Below the pieces are notes generated by a model. The model ran no database searches, was not told where the DNA came from, and saw only the letters and a list, made by a program, of their open reading frames with translations. Both the position numbers and the translations under genes were made by a program. Positions 38,537 through 51,795 of a DNA stretch of 64,000 nt are shown one piece after another. The DNA lies in contig CM120644.1 in the NCBI GenBank assembly GCA_051362555.1, forward strand, positions 17,382,534-17,446,533. The letters are read 5' to 3'. The DNA comes from Lingula anatina. Its lineage: Eukaryota > Animalia > Brachiopoda. Position 1 is the stretch's first letter, and the number at the start of each line of letters is the position of its first letter.

Positions 38537-40669
38537 CTGTACTTTTCTCAGTTTTCGGTCTTACATGATATCGGCACCTCCGGTAAAGGTATCGTTAACA
38601 TATAAGACCGAAAACTGAGGTAACATCAGTACATGTGCCACAACAGATAAAGAAAACTAGGAAAAAGAGGTGAAACTTACAACCGTTTATTCACATTACA
38701 ATAAAAAAGTACTTGCAACAATATCCGAAAAGTATTTATTTATTTTATGATATAAATTTATACTCATTTTAATATTTGTTAATAAGAAAAGAAAAACTAA
38801 AACAAATTTTTGGAATGCTTTCAAAAAAAATTGCCAACTTGAATGAATTTGGTAATATATTAACAAAGCCTACAAGAATGGCGATTTCACTTACGTGAAC
38901 ATCAAAATTAGACACTGTTTCTAGTTTTTTAGTTGACACAGGTCGTAAATATCTTGAATATGTCCTTAATCCTTTCGTAGTCTTATCTCACTGTCACCCA
39001 CCAGTCTAATGCTACGTATATAATATTCCACCAGTAATCATTATCCATAACTCCTGTGTCAATTTCAAGGGTAGAAGATTTGTTCCCATGCACTTGAAAT
39101 GAGCAGCATTATTTTCCACAGAAGCCACGTGGTCTTTTGTCCTCTCTTTTCGCCAACAATTATCATCGTGGTCCTTTGCAATATTCCAAGCCGACTGACA
39201 CAAATAAACAACGAAAATGTCCACAACATTCACATCTTCCACGCCAGTAAAAAATGACATTTATCTTTAGAAGTAGCAATTTCTTCACCGCCTGCATCGG
39301 GGTCTCGCTGCCTATACTATGAAGTCGCCGACTGGTCAATTCTCTGGCATCCTTGACAACTTGTCGCCCTTTCTTGTCAATATGTAGGTCACTCGACAAA
39401 AATGTGAACACATCTTGCGTAATATATGCATACGTCTCACCCCTCTCCCTCATTCATTTTTTTTGCCTTATGATATAGTACCCTCGAATACTGTATGAAA
39501 TCTACAATGGTTTTAAAAATGTACTAATACAATAGCAAATATTACTCAGAATGATAATGTAGAGACTCGAATGATTGATTATTTCATATAACCATTAACA
39601 TCAAATATTACTCGAATTTGATAATAAAGATACTTAAATGATTAACTATTTCAAATCACCCATATGTTAATCTGTACCATTTTTTTAAATCTAATGAAAA
39701 CTGAAAGGAAAAGTACCAATATACATGTATAGCCTACTTTCACAATTGTCATCAACCCCATTTACAAACCCAGAGGAAATTAGTGGTATAAACTTGAACA
39801 AGGCAGCAAAGCTGTCAAACGTACAGACAAAATCAGAAAATAAAAATGCAGAAAATGGTTCATTTTGTCAATTTTGATGCAATAATAAATCATGCCTTCA
39901 ATAGCACAGTCAATCAACACTGAATTTTAATCATGCCAATTTCTCTACATATAGATAAATAGTACTTCTACGAGACGTCTCCTAGTAATTAAAAATAGAT
40001 TTATATTGTCTCTGTTATACGGGTTAGAAACCCTATTTTAGGCATGCTTGTTTTCTTTACCTTGTGTTTCATTAATTTATTAATATTTTACATTAAACTA
40101 GAAAAGAACTCCGAGAACGCAGACCTACGCCAAGGCAGCAGAGTCGCCACCTAATGCCTTTCACCCCTAAATTTTCATTCAATAATGATTTATTTTTTTA
40201 TTTTGAATAATTGATTATTGATTGATTAATGATCCGGATCACCACCAAAAACTAATCATCAGTTCCTTGGCCAACTTCTAGGGCTTACAGGCAGAGTCTT
40301 ACCTTACCAGTTTAAAAAAAAAACGAACTGCGGCCCTGATAATGGGTAACTTAGACTTGCATTGAAAGCTGTGTAAATATCGATATCAAGCTAGAGTGGT
40401 ACATAAGTACGAGCGCTAAAATAGACAAGCGCGACGATTTTAACATTAACTCAGCCGGATTAACTCGTATCAATATAATCATTGTCCAGTGTTTGCCTAT
40501 AATGACAAAAAAAAAAGATAATAAAAAAATAAAAATAAATAAATAAATAAAAAAAAAAAAAATAATAAAATAATAAATAAAAAACGCTATCTCTCACACT
40601 TTATTTTGTCGTTGGCAGTCCTTCATCACAAAAAATACGAACTGTTTCACACCAAACTTTTTCTTACAG

Positions 40670-40990
40670 GACCCACAAGATTGAATGGGAGACTACTAGC
40701 AACCATGGATGTCGGCACACAGACAGATGACTGTAAGTGTTAAATTATTGTCCCTTTTCAATTTTAAAAGCATGTGCACATTTTTCCTATCTCTCCCCCT
40801 TTCATTTTTTCATTTTCATTTTCTGTTTCTGTTTCACTGACTGTGTGTGCTTGTCTGTCTGTCTGTCTGTCTGTCAGTCCGTCTGATTGTGGTATTGGCT
40901 CACTCTTAAAATACACTTTATCAATTGTAATGCAATTGAAGTATGTCAGCACTGTTCTCCATTATTTACTGAGTCACGTCAGTTTCAGAG
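40670..40990 (+). CDS. TQT-microprotein family, copy 1 (partial: exon B plus split stop)
   Basis: Exon 40670-40732 (GPTRLNGRLLATMDVGTQTDD, ttacag|...T|gtaagt) plus AG at 40989-40990 gives TAG. The upstream exon A position is replaced by unrelated sequence. Confidence 0.4.
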
Positions 40991-41721
40991 AATTCTGGAC
41001 ATGGGGGTCAGACTGAACAAGCAGTCCACTCAAGTAATTGTACCAGAGGCCGGACACCCTGTGGCCCGTGTGGCCCCACTAACCAGTGTGACCAAGTATG
41101 ACCATAGTCTGGACACGGATGGCAACACCAGGAAGATAAATAGAGCACCTGCTTTCTGTTATTTCCTATAGCGAACTAGGCTATTATATACTCACAGCTT
41201 CTTAACACTGCATATTGCAATTATAAAACAAAGTTAATGTAGACAAATTTATTATTCTTAATTATTATCTAACAATCTCTAAGCTATTCTGAATTATAGC
41301 TGCTATTAAAAAGTGATTCATGCATCACTGTTTTTGACGTATACCAAACTGTTGATAAAATGTCGGTCATACTGTTGATATAAGCAACAATGTTTTGGAA
41401 CTGCGTGATTCTTTCGTCAAATTTCTCTAGGAAAATTTGCAAGGGCTGCACTTTTAGATTAAAAGAATTTCTTCCGTAGTACGGGACGTCGCCCTAGGAC
41501 CTAGTATTTAAAATTAGCTTACTATTGTCTCTGTTATATGGGTTAGAAAGTCGAAAGAATACCAGCATAGAAAATGTAACTTAGTTGCTTTTTCTAAATA
41601 AAGTTTGATATTCTAGTACTGCTAATTCCAAATTTGTCCAAAAGCTGTCGGTAACCCAAGTGCCATTTTAGGAATGCTTGTTTTCTTTACCTTGTGTTTC
41701 ATTAATAATATTTTACATTAA

Positions 41722-42036
41722 ACTAGAAAAGAACTCCGAGAGCGCAGACCTACGCCAAGGCAGCAGAGTCGCCACCTAATGCCTTTCACCCCTAAATTTT
41801 CATTCAATAATGATTTATTTTTTTATTTTGAATAATTGGTTATTGGTTGATTAATGATCCGGACCACCACCAAAAACTAATCATCAGTTCCTTGGCCAAC
41901 TTCTAACAGTTCCGGAAAATTTCATCAAAATCGGTCCTTCACTTTTTCTGTAATGTTGCTAACAGACAGACAGATAGACAGACAGATAAACAGACAATCT
42001 AACGGAACCAAAAACATAACCTCCTTGGCGGAGGTA
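41722..42036 (-). mobile_element. DINE-1-like / Helentron-associated non-autonomous element
   Basis: Subterminal inverted repeats (acctacgccaagg / ccttggcggaggt), a (GACA)n microsatellite, a terminal hairpin ACCTCC-ttggc-GGAGGT, and ..CTAGT at the other end. A truncated copy lies at 40097-40279. Confidence 0.65.
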
Positions 42037-43381
42037 ATTAATTTTTTTTTCTTTGGGGGGGTAGCTTATTTGTCATGTTTAGTAGCTACTGGCATTTGTA
42101 AGAAAATACCACTTTTCTTTTGGCATTTTTCCATTTTAATCTTTTAAGTTCTTGCTCAGCACCGAACCCTAGACCTCTATAACAGAACGCTATGTACTTT
42201 CTTCATTGAAAATGACGTATTCGTAAATCCTAATATGGTACTGAAATGGTCATACATGTACAGGGGCGGATCCAGCATTTTTTGAAGGGGGGGGGGGGGG
42301 GGGTCTGCGGATGCAAAGCAAACCAGCATCATTCAGGGCGGACGCTTAGGATGGATTTAATTTTTTACGAGAAGTTTCATTAGTAAAAATTTATTCGACT
42401 TTTAATATGATTTACTGTTTGGAACAGAATGCTACTACCCAAAGCAAACATAACACTTCGCACTTCGTCCCTGTAAATTAACGAGCAGACAAACGTCGGC
42501 ATAGGAGGCAATCTTGGCATGGGTGACGGGCTGTATGTGTCGAACACGAAACATGTCACCGAATAGGACGCTTCTGGTATCTTCGTAAACGGTACATAGA
42601 GTCACTGGAATTAAAGGAAAAAATTCACATTCATGAAATAATATCTAAAGATCTGACAAAGCAGTACATGTTCATTATGTACAGTAATTCGTATCAAAAT
42701 TTGTTGCGTTATAGTTAACAAATCGCAATTAAGCTTTGAAATTATATAAATATATACAGTGTACATATTCAAATTGACACCGAAATAGATATATATCTCG
42801 CTTTAATGATAGCATTTGTCTAGGAACGAGTGCACAGAAGATTGTTGATGTTTGACACCAAATCGAACAGTAACCACTTTTTTGTTTGTAAGATTCCTTG
42901 ATATTTTGCCAATCGATATTTTTTAAATTTTATAATTTTCCTTGCAATAAATCCGAAAATGAATACCATACATGGCGTTACGGTGGATAGATTTGCAAAG
43001 CATGGGAATCAGGAGCGCCATAAGACGTGGGGGGTTTACAAGATTATTCAAGTCTTAGCCACATTCAGAATAATATACATATAAAAAATAAAAAGGTTAC
43101 GCAAAAATGAGTGTACTTGAAGTGACTTTTCATAATCACTTAAATTAACTCTGGATTTCGGTTTTTTAGTGCTGACACTAACAGAGGCGGAGCTAGGATT
43201 ATTGGAAGGGGGCTGGGGGTCCGTGGTTGCCAAGCCGACCCCCTCCCCCAACACTTGGCGTGGGGTTCTGGGACCTATAGGCGAACGGTGCCATTTGGTA
43301 CGGTTTAGAACTTTCATTGTTTTTATCTGCTTCTACCTGTGTTTTTTTACTAACTGGTACATGTACGTAGGTGTGCGTGTG

Positions 43382-43646
43382 CAGGGCCGTAGCCTCCTGG
43401 GGGGCAGGGGGGGGGGCAGCTGCCCCCCCCCCTGGGATATGAGGTGCAAAAAAATAATCGCAATTTCTGACTTCCAATTGAGCAATAAATAACAGTTAAA
43501 ATGCAACAGAATGCAGTATTATACATAGTTTTAAAAAAATTCCACACCGTGGGAGGGGGACCTCCCACACCCTCCCCCCTCGGGGGCTCTGCCCCCTCGT
43601 GTCCGCTTACTGCACCCCCTGGCATTTTGCTCAGGCTACAGCCCTG
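43382..43646. mobile_element. MITE with CAGGGCCGTAGCC / GGCTACAGCCCTG TIRs and 5-bp TSD (gtgtg)
   Basis: TIRs and TSD are visible. The paralogous site at ~50430-50450 is empty. Confidence 0.8.
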
Positions 43647-45052
43647 GTGTGTGTGTGTGCACGGGTGCGCGTGTGTGTTTGATAATGTGCACGGATGTGC
43701 TTGAAAGGGAGGGGGGCAAAAGGTTTAAAATTCAGTGGGTCGTTTCACAAGTAACATATACGTATGTGGACGGATGTGTCGGTAAGGTAAATAACTCAAA
43801 CAACGAGCTTCTAAAGTATCGACCGAGTGTTGGAACGTATAGAAAAAGCATGTCCATGCAAACGAAGCGCACTATCAGTTGTAGTAACGTATTTTAAAGC
43901 TCATATGTCAATGTCTGTAGTGGACATGGGTTTAGTTTTAGCTCCGCCTGCTATTGCCTACTTTGTATATATTCACGCCCTGCTCATTGAGTGGGTAGTT
44001 TTTGATCAGTCTCTGTAGATAATAAACGTGTAGTTTTTCAACTCTCGTTTTCTCTCTGAACCGCATATCGACACCGAGCGCAAACGTCTGCTTTCCATAA
44101 CTAGCCCCATACTGGCCCCATACAATACTTTGTAGCCTGTATGAGATATCGCTATTCGCAAATTACGCTATGCTTTCAAGGTTAAGCGTTAAGCGTCGTC
44201 GAGAATCGATAGGGGATTCCCCTTTAAGAAGATGTGTAAAACGTATGAAAGGGCCTACTGGTAGGGGAAAAACCACCAAAATATTTCCCATTGACGACCA
44301 TACTAAGAAATGCCTCCAAAAATGCATGAATAAAAGTATTCTGTGAAACATTTCCCACCCCCATGGACAGCAGACACACTGACATCACTCCCAATGGCAA
44401 AAAAATGTACTGTCATCAGCCTTTCTTGCTTACCGGCATCACTTGAACACGTGCACCCCTCTGTTTGTAAACAAACCACTGCACCACTCACAGTCAGTAG
44501 CCCCTTCCGCCAGAGGTCTCACGACTGCACCGCACATGTGCCTGGTCCTGAAAAAAAAAACTGGCAGTAGTTTACACCCTAGTCTGCTAGTTGATACCAA
44601 AATTAACCCTAGCAACACACAAGAAATGCCAGGAAAAAAATGGAAAAAAGCACTCATTTTTTCTCACTGAACTACATTCGTAATAACAGGCGCTGATAGG
44701 TTGATTTAGTGGGTTTCTGCCCTGGTAGAGTCTAACCTAACCAGTTGTTCGGGTGGATAGGTCCCTTGGTGTGTGTGTGTGTGTGTGTGAGAGTGGAATA
44801 GGTGTAGAAAAGAATGAGATCCAATGGACAAAGGTACATTGTATAGAAGAACGTCCATTGAAACGTGACTGCCGTATGTAGTGTAACTGGAATTGGCAAA
44901 GAATGCTTGGAAAAGCCCCGAACACCGGCACCCATCCGTTTTTAAACTCGCCTCAACGCAAGAAGTATATGAACTGTGACCCTGAAGGATTAACTTCATT
45001 AGACAAACAATGTACATTTTTACGACAGAAACGGTATCACTGAGTAAATAAC

Positions 45053-45135
45053 ATGGCAGATGGACAAGCAGCAAGCGCCGTTGGAAATGGTATGTATAAT
45101 TAATCATTTATAACAATATTAGAAATTAGTAAGAA

Positions 45136-45186
<51 letters not shown>

Positions 45187-45754
45187 TTTATTATAAATAT
45201 ATTACTTTTTCAGAGAATGCTAGAAGCTCAGGAATCATCGCATACAGAGATGTTGGTACAGATATGACCAGCACTGGAGGTAGAAATGGTCACATATTTT
45301 TTAAACCGTATACATTTATTCATTGTCCAGTGTTTGCCTATCATGATAAAACAACACTAGCTCTCACATTATCTTTTGTCTTCGGCAGTCATTCATCACA
45401 AAAAATAAGAACTTTTTCACACCGTTGTATTATACTTACAGGACCCACAAGACTTAATGGAAGACTACTAGCAACCATGGATGTCGGCACACAGACAGAT
45501 CAGTGTAAGTGTTAAATTATTGTCCCTTTTCCATTTTAAAAGAATGTGCACACTGTCCCTATCTCTCCCCCTTTCATTTTTTTATTTTCAGTTTAAGTTT
45601 CACTGACTGTCTGTCTGCTTGTCTGTCTGTCTGTCTGTCAGTCCGTCTGATTGTGGTGTTGGCTCACTGTTAAAATACACTTTATCAATTGTAATGCAAT
45701 TGAAGTATGACAGCACTGTTGTCCATTACTCATTGAGTCACGTCAGTTTCAGAG
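45053..45754 (+). CDS. TQT-microprotein family, copy 2: complete 55-aa protein MADGQAASAVGNENARSSGIIAYRDVGTDMTSTGGPTRLNGRLLATMDVGTQTDQ
   Basis: Exons 45053-45089 (aacATGG; G|gtatgt), 45214-45279, 45442-45504 and 45753-45754 (stop T|AG). All introns are GT-AG and phase 1, and the 168-nt CDS is in frame. AATAAA at 46315-46320. Several synonymous differences versus the other copies. Confidence 0.65.
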
Positions 45755-47607
45755 AATTCTGGACATGGGGGTCAGACTGAACAAGCAGTCCACTCAAGTA
45801 ATTGTACCAGAGGCCGGACACCCTGTGGCCCGTGTGGCCCCACTAACCAGTGTGATCAAGTGTGATCACTGTCTGGACACGGATAACAACACCAGGAACA
45901 TAAATAGAACACTTGCTGTCTGTAATTTGCCATAGCGAACAACGCAATTATATAGTAACAGCTTCTAAACACTGCATATTGTAATTACAACACAAAGTTA
46001 ATTTAATTTATTATTATAAATTATCATCTAACAATCTTAGGTTTTCAGAATTATAGCTGCTATTGGAAAATGATACGTGAATGATTGTTTTTGGCGTATA
46101 CCAAATTGTTGATAAAATTTCGGTCATACTGTTGATATAAGCAACTTCATGTTTTGGCAGTGCGTGATTCTTTCGTCTAATTTCTTTAAGAAAATTTGCA
46201 AGGGCCATATATTTAGATAAATAGTATTTCTAGACGTCTCTTAGTAATTGAAAAATTGCTTAATATTGACTTTGTTATATGGGCTAGAAAATTGAAGGAA
46301 TACCAGCATAGAAAAATAAAGTTTGATATTCTAGTACTGCTCATGCCAAATTTGTCCAAAAGCTGTCAGTAACCCAAGTGCCATTTTTAGGCATTTTTGT
46401 TTTCTTTTACTTATGTTTCATTAATTTATTAGTATTTTACATTAAAGTAGAAAAACACTCCGAGAGCGAAGACTTCCACCGTATTCGTAAACACTAATGG
46501 TACTGAAATGGTTATACATGTTGTACAGGGACGGATCCAGCATTTTTTGAAAGGGGGGGGGGGGGTCTGCGGATGCTAAGCAAACCAGCATCATGCAGGG
46601 CGGACGCTTGGTATGGATTTAATTTCTACGAGAAGTTCCATAAATTAAAAAAGCTTATTTTATTCGACTTTTAATATGATATACTGTTTGGAGCAGAATG
46701 CTACTACCCAAAGCAAACATAACACTTCGTACTAAACGTCGTCCCTGCAAATTAACAAGCAGACAAACGTCGGATAGGAGGCAATCTTGGCGTGGGTGTG
46801 GGGCTGTATGTGTCGAACACCAAACGTGTCACTGAGTAAGACGCTTCTGGAATCTTCGTAAACGGTACATAGAGTCACTGGAAATAAAGGAATAAATTCA
46901 CATCCATAACATAATGTCTAAAGACGTTAGGTTATAATTAACAAATCGCAATTAAGCTTTGAAATTATACAAATATATACAGTGTACATATTAAAATTGA
47001 CACCGCAATAGATATCGCGCTTAAATGATAGCATTTGTCTAGGAACGAGTGCACAGAAGGTTGTTGATGTTTGACACCAAATCGAATAGTAAACACTTTT
47101 TTGGTTGTAAGATGCCTGGCTAATTAGCCTAATCGATATTTTTTAAATTTATAATAAACCTTGCAAGAAATCCCAAAATGAAAACCATACAAGGCGACAT
47201 AAGACGTGAAGGGTTTACAAGATTATCCAAGTCTTTGGAAAAATCAGAATAAGACACATATAAAAAGGGAAAGGGTTAATCAGAAAAGAGTGTACTTGAA
47301 ATGACTTTCCCTAACCACTTAAAGGAATGCTGGAATGCTGGACCCTTATTGAACTCGGTATTATGTGAGAGATATAACTATTCTCAATGTACGCTGTGTT
47401 TTCAAGTTGATGCGTTAATAGATGGCAATAATGTTTGAGGTGTAGCAAAACATATCCTAAACCAAGTAGTAATGATCAATAGGTCGATTTTGTTTGCGTA
47501 GGAAATAAACTTTTTGTAATACGTTTTGTTCTGAATGGAAGCCCCGACCCAAAAACCCAAAAACCCAACGAACCGTACGTAGCCCTGATCAGGATAAAGG
47601 ATAAACT

Positions 47608-47653
<46 letters not shown>

Positions 47654-47685
47654 ATTATACATATAATACATAATTTCTTTTCCAG

Positions 47686-47879
47686 AGAATCCTAGACGCT
47701 CGGGAATTATCGCATACAGAGATGTTGGTACAGATGTACTGATACAGTGTTTGCCTATCATGATAAAAACAACACTTGCTCTCACATTTACTTCTGTCGT
47801 CGGCAGTCATTCATCACAAAAAATACAAAAATTTTCACACCCTTATATCCTACTTACAGGACCCACAAGACTGAATGGA
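47686..47879 (+). pseudogene. TQT-microprotein family, copy 3 (deleted remnant)
   Basis: Exon A starts at 47686 but loses its 3' end and donor. Exon B starts at 47860 and is truncated after ~20 nt by a deletion into 3'-UTR-like sequence. Confidence 0.6.
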
Positions 47880-50800
47880 TTAATATAGCTTTAATATTGT
47901 TATATGGGTTAGAAAACTGGAAGAATACCAGCATAGAAAATGTAACTTAATTGCTTTTTAATAAATAAGGTTTGATATTCTAGTACTGTTCATGCCAAAT
48001 TTGTCCAAAAGCTGTCAGTAACCCGAGTGCCATTTTAAGACATTTTTGTTTGCTTTAATTTATTTTTCATTCATTCATTAATATTTTACATTACATTTTA
48101 CTTTTGGGGGTGGGTTGGGGTGGTAGCTTATTTGTCATGTTTAGTAGCTACTGGCTTTTGTAAGAAAATACCACCTTTCTTTGGGCATTTTTCCATTTTA
48201 ATCTTTTAAGTCATCTTGCTCAGCACCGAACCCTAGACCTCCATAATAGAACGCTATATGCTGTTTACATTGAAAATGACCTATCCGTAAACACTAATAT
48301 GGTACTGAAATGGGCATACGTGCACAGGGGCGGATCCAGCAGTTTTGAAGGGGGGGGGGGGGAGGGGGGGGGGGCGTGGATGCGAAGTCTCTACTTTCAA
48401 TTTTCAATTTATTAAACCTTTGAGCCCTACGGCTCATCAGAAAACTTTCAGAAGACTTATTCCCTACTGAAAATTGGACTTTGGGACAGCTCAAGTGATT
48501 TTGAAAACATGGAATGCAAAAGGCTATGACTTATGTAATTCCTACATAAATATTTTAATAGACGAATGATAGCTAAATGAAGTTCATTTCACGTTTTTTG
48601 TTTTTCGACACTTCTGTTTTGTAATATAAGTCCTAAACGACTTACACGATAAATGTTATTCAAAGTTTCTTATATGCATTTTACGTAATGCGGTTGCAAT
48701 GTCTTTCCTTAAAAGAAGTCAACATTTAAAATGAATAAGAGTATATCTTCAAGTGCGCAGCTGCAGAATTGGTCACACATAAATTTCATTGACAAATAAA
48801 ATAATAATAATAAAAAAACATTTATTTCCTCGGAAATTAATATATGATATATTTAAAAGAATCCCTTTATCATTTTTATGCAGACATTATTTCTGTTAAA
48901 TTAGAAATTCAACTCTAACGTTTCAGGTTCGGAAAGGGGCGGTTATCGACCCCGACCCTAGAGTATACATAGATTATCCTTATAACACTATGAACAGATA
49001 GAACAGAGTACAACGACATAGTAATATACAATTACCAAATGAAGCAAACCAGCAACATGCAGGGCGGACGCTTAGTTTGGACTTAATTTCTATGAGAAAT
49101 TTCATGAATAAAAGGCTAATTTCATTCGACTTTTAATTTGATATACGTTTAGGAGTAGAATGTTACAACCAAAGACAAACATAATATTCCGTAGTAAATG
49201 TCGTCCCTGCAAATTAACGAGCAGACAAGCGTCGGCATAGGAGGCAATCTTGGCATGGGTGCAGGGCTGTATGTGTCGAACACGAAACGTGTCTCCGAGT
49301 AGGACGCTTCTGGTATCTTCGTAAATGGTACACAGAATCACTGGAATTAAAGGGAAAAATTCACACCCATGAAATAATGTCTAAAGATCTGATAAAGCAG
49401 TACATGTTCATTATGTACAGCAATTCGTATCAATATCCGTTGGGTTATAATTAACAAATCGCAATTAAGCTTTAAAATTATACAAATATATACAGTGTAC
49501 ATATTCAAATTGAACCCTCCTTGAAAGCCAATGGCATCAGAAATTAACAGAACGGTGCCCAAAAAAGCACTGAGGGACAGCTAGGAGAAAGTATCCTTCA
49601 CTTGAGTTAGATGTCCCCATGGTCATTATGTCTAGAGTGTACCACACACAACAAAAATAAATAAATGAAAATACAAACGCATTTTCAAAATCGTATACTT
49701 GATATTGCATGGCTGGGCACATATATAGGCCTAAGCTTTAATAGGTCGAATGAACGGACTGGGTGGGGGGATTGTGATAGACCATGATAGAAAAGTTTTC
49801 CATTCAATCTTAGGTACAGCGTAACCGTAAGGTTATTGATGTTTCTTACTTTCTTTCTACTTCTTGGAACATAGATGGACACTTTTAAAGGAAAACGTTT
49901 AGGTTTCACACGTTTATTGAATTGTCTTGAATGTTACATCCATAGGTAATTTTCCATAAGTAAACTCGACGGAATCAATATTTAAACTGTCTTTGCACGA
50001 ATTTTAAAGAATTGGTCTTTATTCGGGAGGGGGGGGGGGCGACAGAACCCCCGCTTTTGCCTGGAAAAGGCCCCCTCTGGGTTAAATTTTATCTGGGGCA
50101 TGAAGTTTCATGGTAAAAGGTCCACTTTTTCAGAACAAGAACGCCCTCCCCCCTCCCCTTTGAAATTGCAGGCTATGGGCCTGCTAAACCGTCAAAAAAC
50201 AAAAGGAATAGGCATACTAGTTAAATATTGGAATTTTGTATGTTTAGTCATTGAGGAAGGACATTTGTGAAGATTGGTTACTCATTTTTAAATTCGGCAT
50301 GCCTGTTTTTAAATGAAAGTGGCCTTTGCTTAAGACCTCATTCCCACAGATTTGAGATCGATTTATCCCTGTGGGGAGTCTCACTAGATAGCTGTCAGCT
50401 TAGCCGGCTAAAACTGTAAGGGGTGTACGTAGGTGTGCGTGTGTGTGTGCACGGTGCGCGTGTGTGTTCTAGAATGCGCACGGATATGCTTGAGAGGGAG
50501 AGGGGCAAAAGGCTAAAATTCACTCATGTCACAAGTAACATATAGGGGCCTACATATGTGGCGAATGTTTCGGTGAGATTAATAGCTCAAATAAAATTGC
50601 TCATAGGTAGCAAAAAAACTTGCAAAAGTTGTAAATTTTTTAAAAATTCAATTTACTTTTAATTTTTATTCATTTTTGAATCTAGTAATATTTAGATTTA
50701 ATTACAAATTAAACGGGAAAATGCAAGTTGTAGCCTACTGGCAGCATATTTATTTTATCTAAATCTACCTTTGTTTTACACTGCATTATAATTGCATAAA

Positions 50801-51667
50801 TGTTTGCCATATTTTTCAGTCTATTTTAAAAGTAGATATCTGATAATAATGTATCTTTTCATATAGATAAATAAAACAATGTTAACATATGCTTAAATAT
50901 GCTAAAAAAAAAAAAAAAACTTCACGTCACACCCGGACTCGGACTATCATAACTTCTTGGTTACACCGAAGCTGTTTTGGCTGCCGTACAACTTGTCTTG
51001 ACCCTTTTATAACCGTGCATGTTAGGGGCACACAAGCCATATAACATGTCCCAGCCTACCCGAGTAACCATATAGGCCTACTGCCTGCCTGGGCCGAATC
51101 TCCCCAAACAACCAATAGACTTGCAGATTCTATGCAAGTAATAACTAAGCTTCCAAAGTAGGCCTATCAACCGAGTCGCTCGGTGAATTTTATCTAGGGA
51201 CATGCAGTTTCATGGTAGAAAGTCCACTTTTACAGAGCCACTCGGTGAATCACGCTATGCTTTCAAGGTTAAGCGTTAAGCGTCGTCGAGAATCGATAGG
51301 GGATTCCCCTTTAAGATGGGTAAAATCGCATACCGGTAGAGTCTAACCTAACCAGTTGTTCGGGGTGTGTGGGTGTGTGGATAGGTCGGTTAGTGGGTGT
51401 GTGTGAGAGAGTGGAATAGGTGTAGAAAAGAATGAGATCCAATCGACAAAGGTACATTGTACAGAAGAACGTCCATTGAAACGTGACTGCCGTATGTAGT
51501 GTAACTGGAACTGGCAAAGAACGCTTGGAAAAGCCCCGAACCCCACATCCGTTGTAAACTCGCCTCAACGTAACAAGAATATGAGCCGTGGCCCTGAAAA
51601 TATAAACTTGATTAGACAAACAACGTATATTAATCTGAAAAGTACTACGGTACTAGCGGGGCATAAC

Positions 51668-51752
51668 ATGGCAGATGGACAAGCAGCAAGCGCCGTTGTA
51701 AATGGTATGTATTATTTTTTATAACAATATTAGAAATGAGTAAAAAACAAGT

Positions 51753-51795
<43 letters not shown>

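Noticed and set aside
40887-41171. ORF RILDMGVRLNKQSTQV.. in the terminal exon
   Set aside because: It needs a phase-0 donor that I could not find. Splicing from exon B gives TAG at the junction, so I treat it as 3' UTR, although the frame stays open in more than one copy.
45264-45515. 83-aa ORF reading through the exon A-B intron (also 55588, 59268)
   Set aside because: The 162-nt segment has GT-AG ends and carries frame-breaking indels in copies 1, 4 and 7, so it is best read as an intron. Retention in some copies cannot be excluded.
46014-46208. Repeated minus-strand ORF MALANFLKEIRRK..
   Set aside because: It is antisense to the putative 3' UTR, is not preserved in the copy at ~41.3-41.4 kb, and shows no recognisable features.
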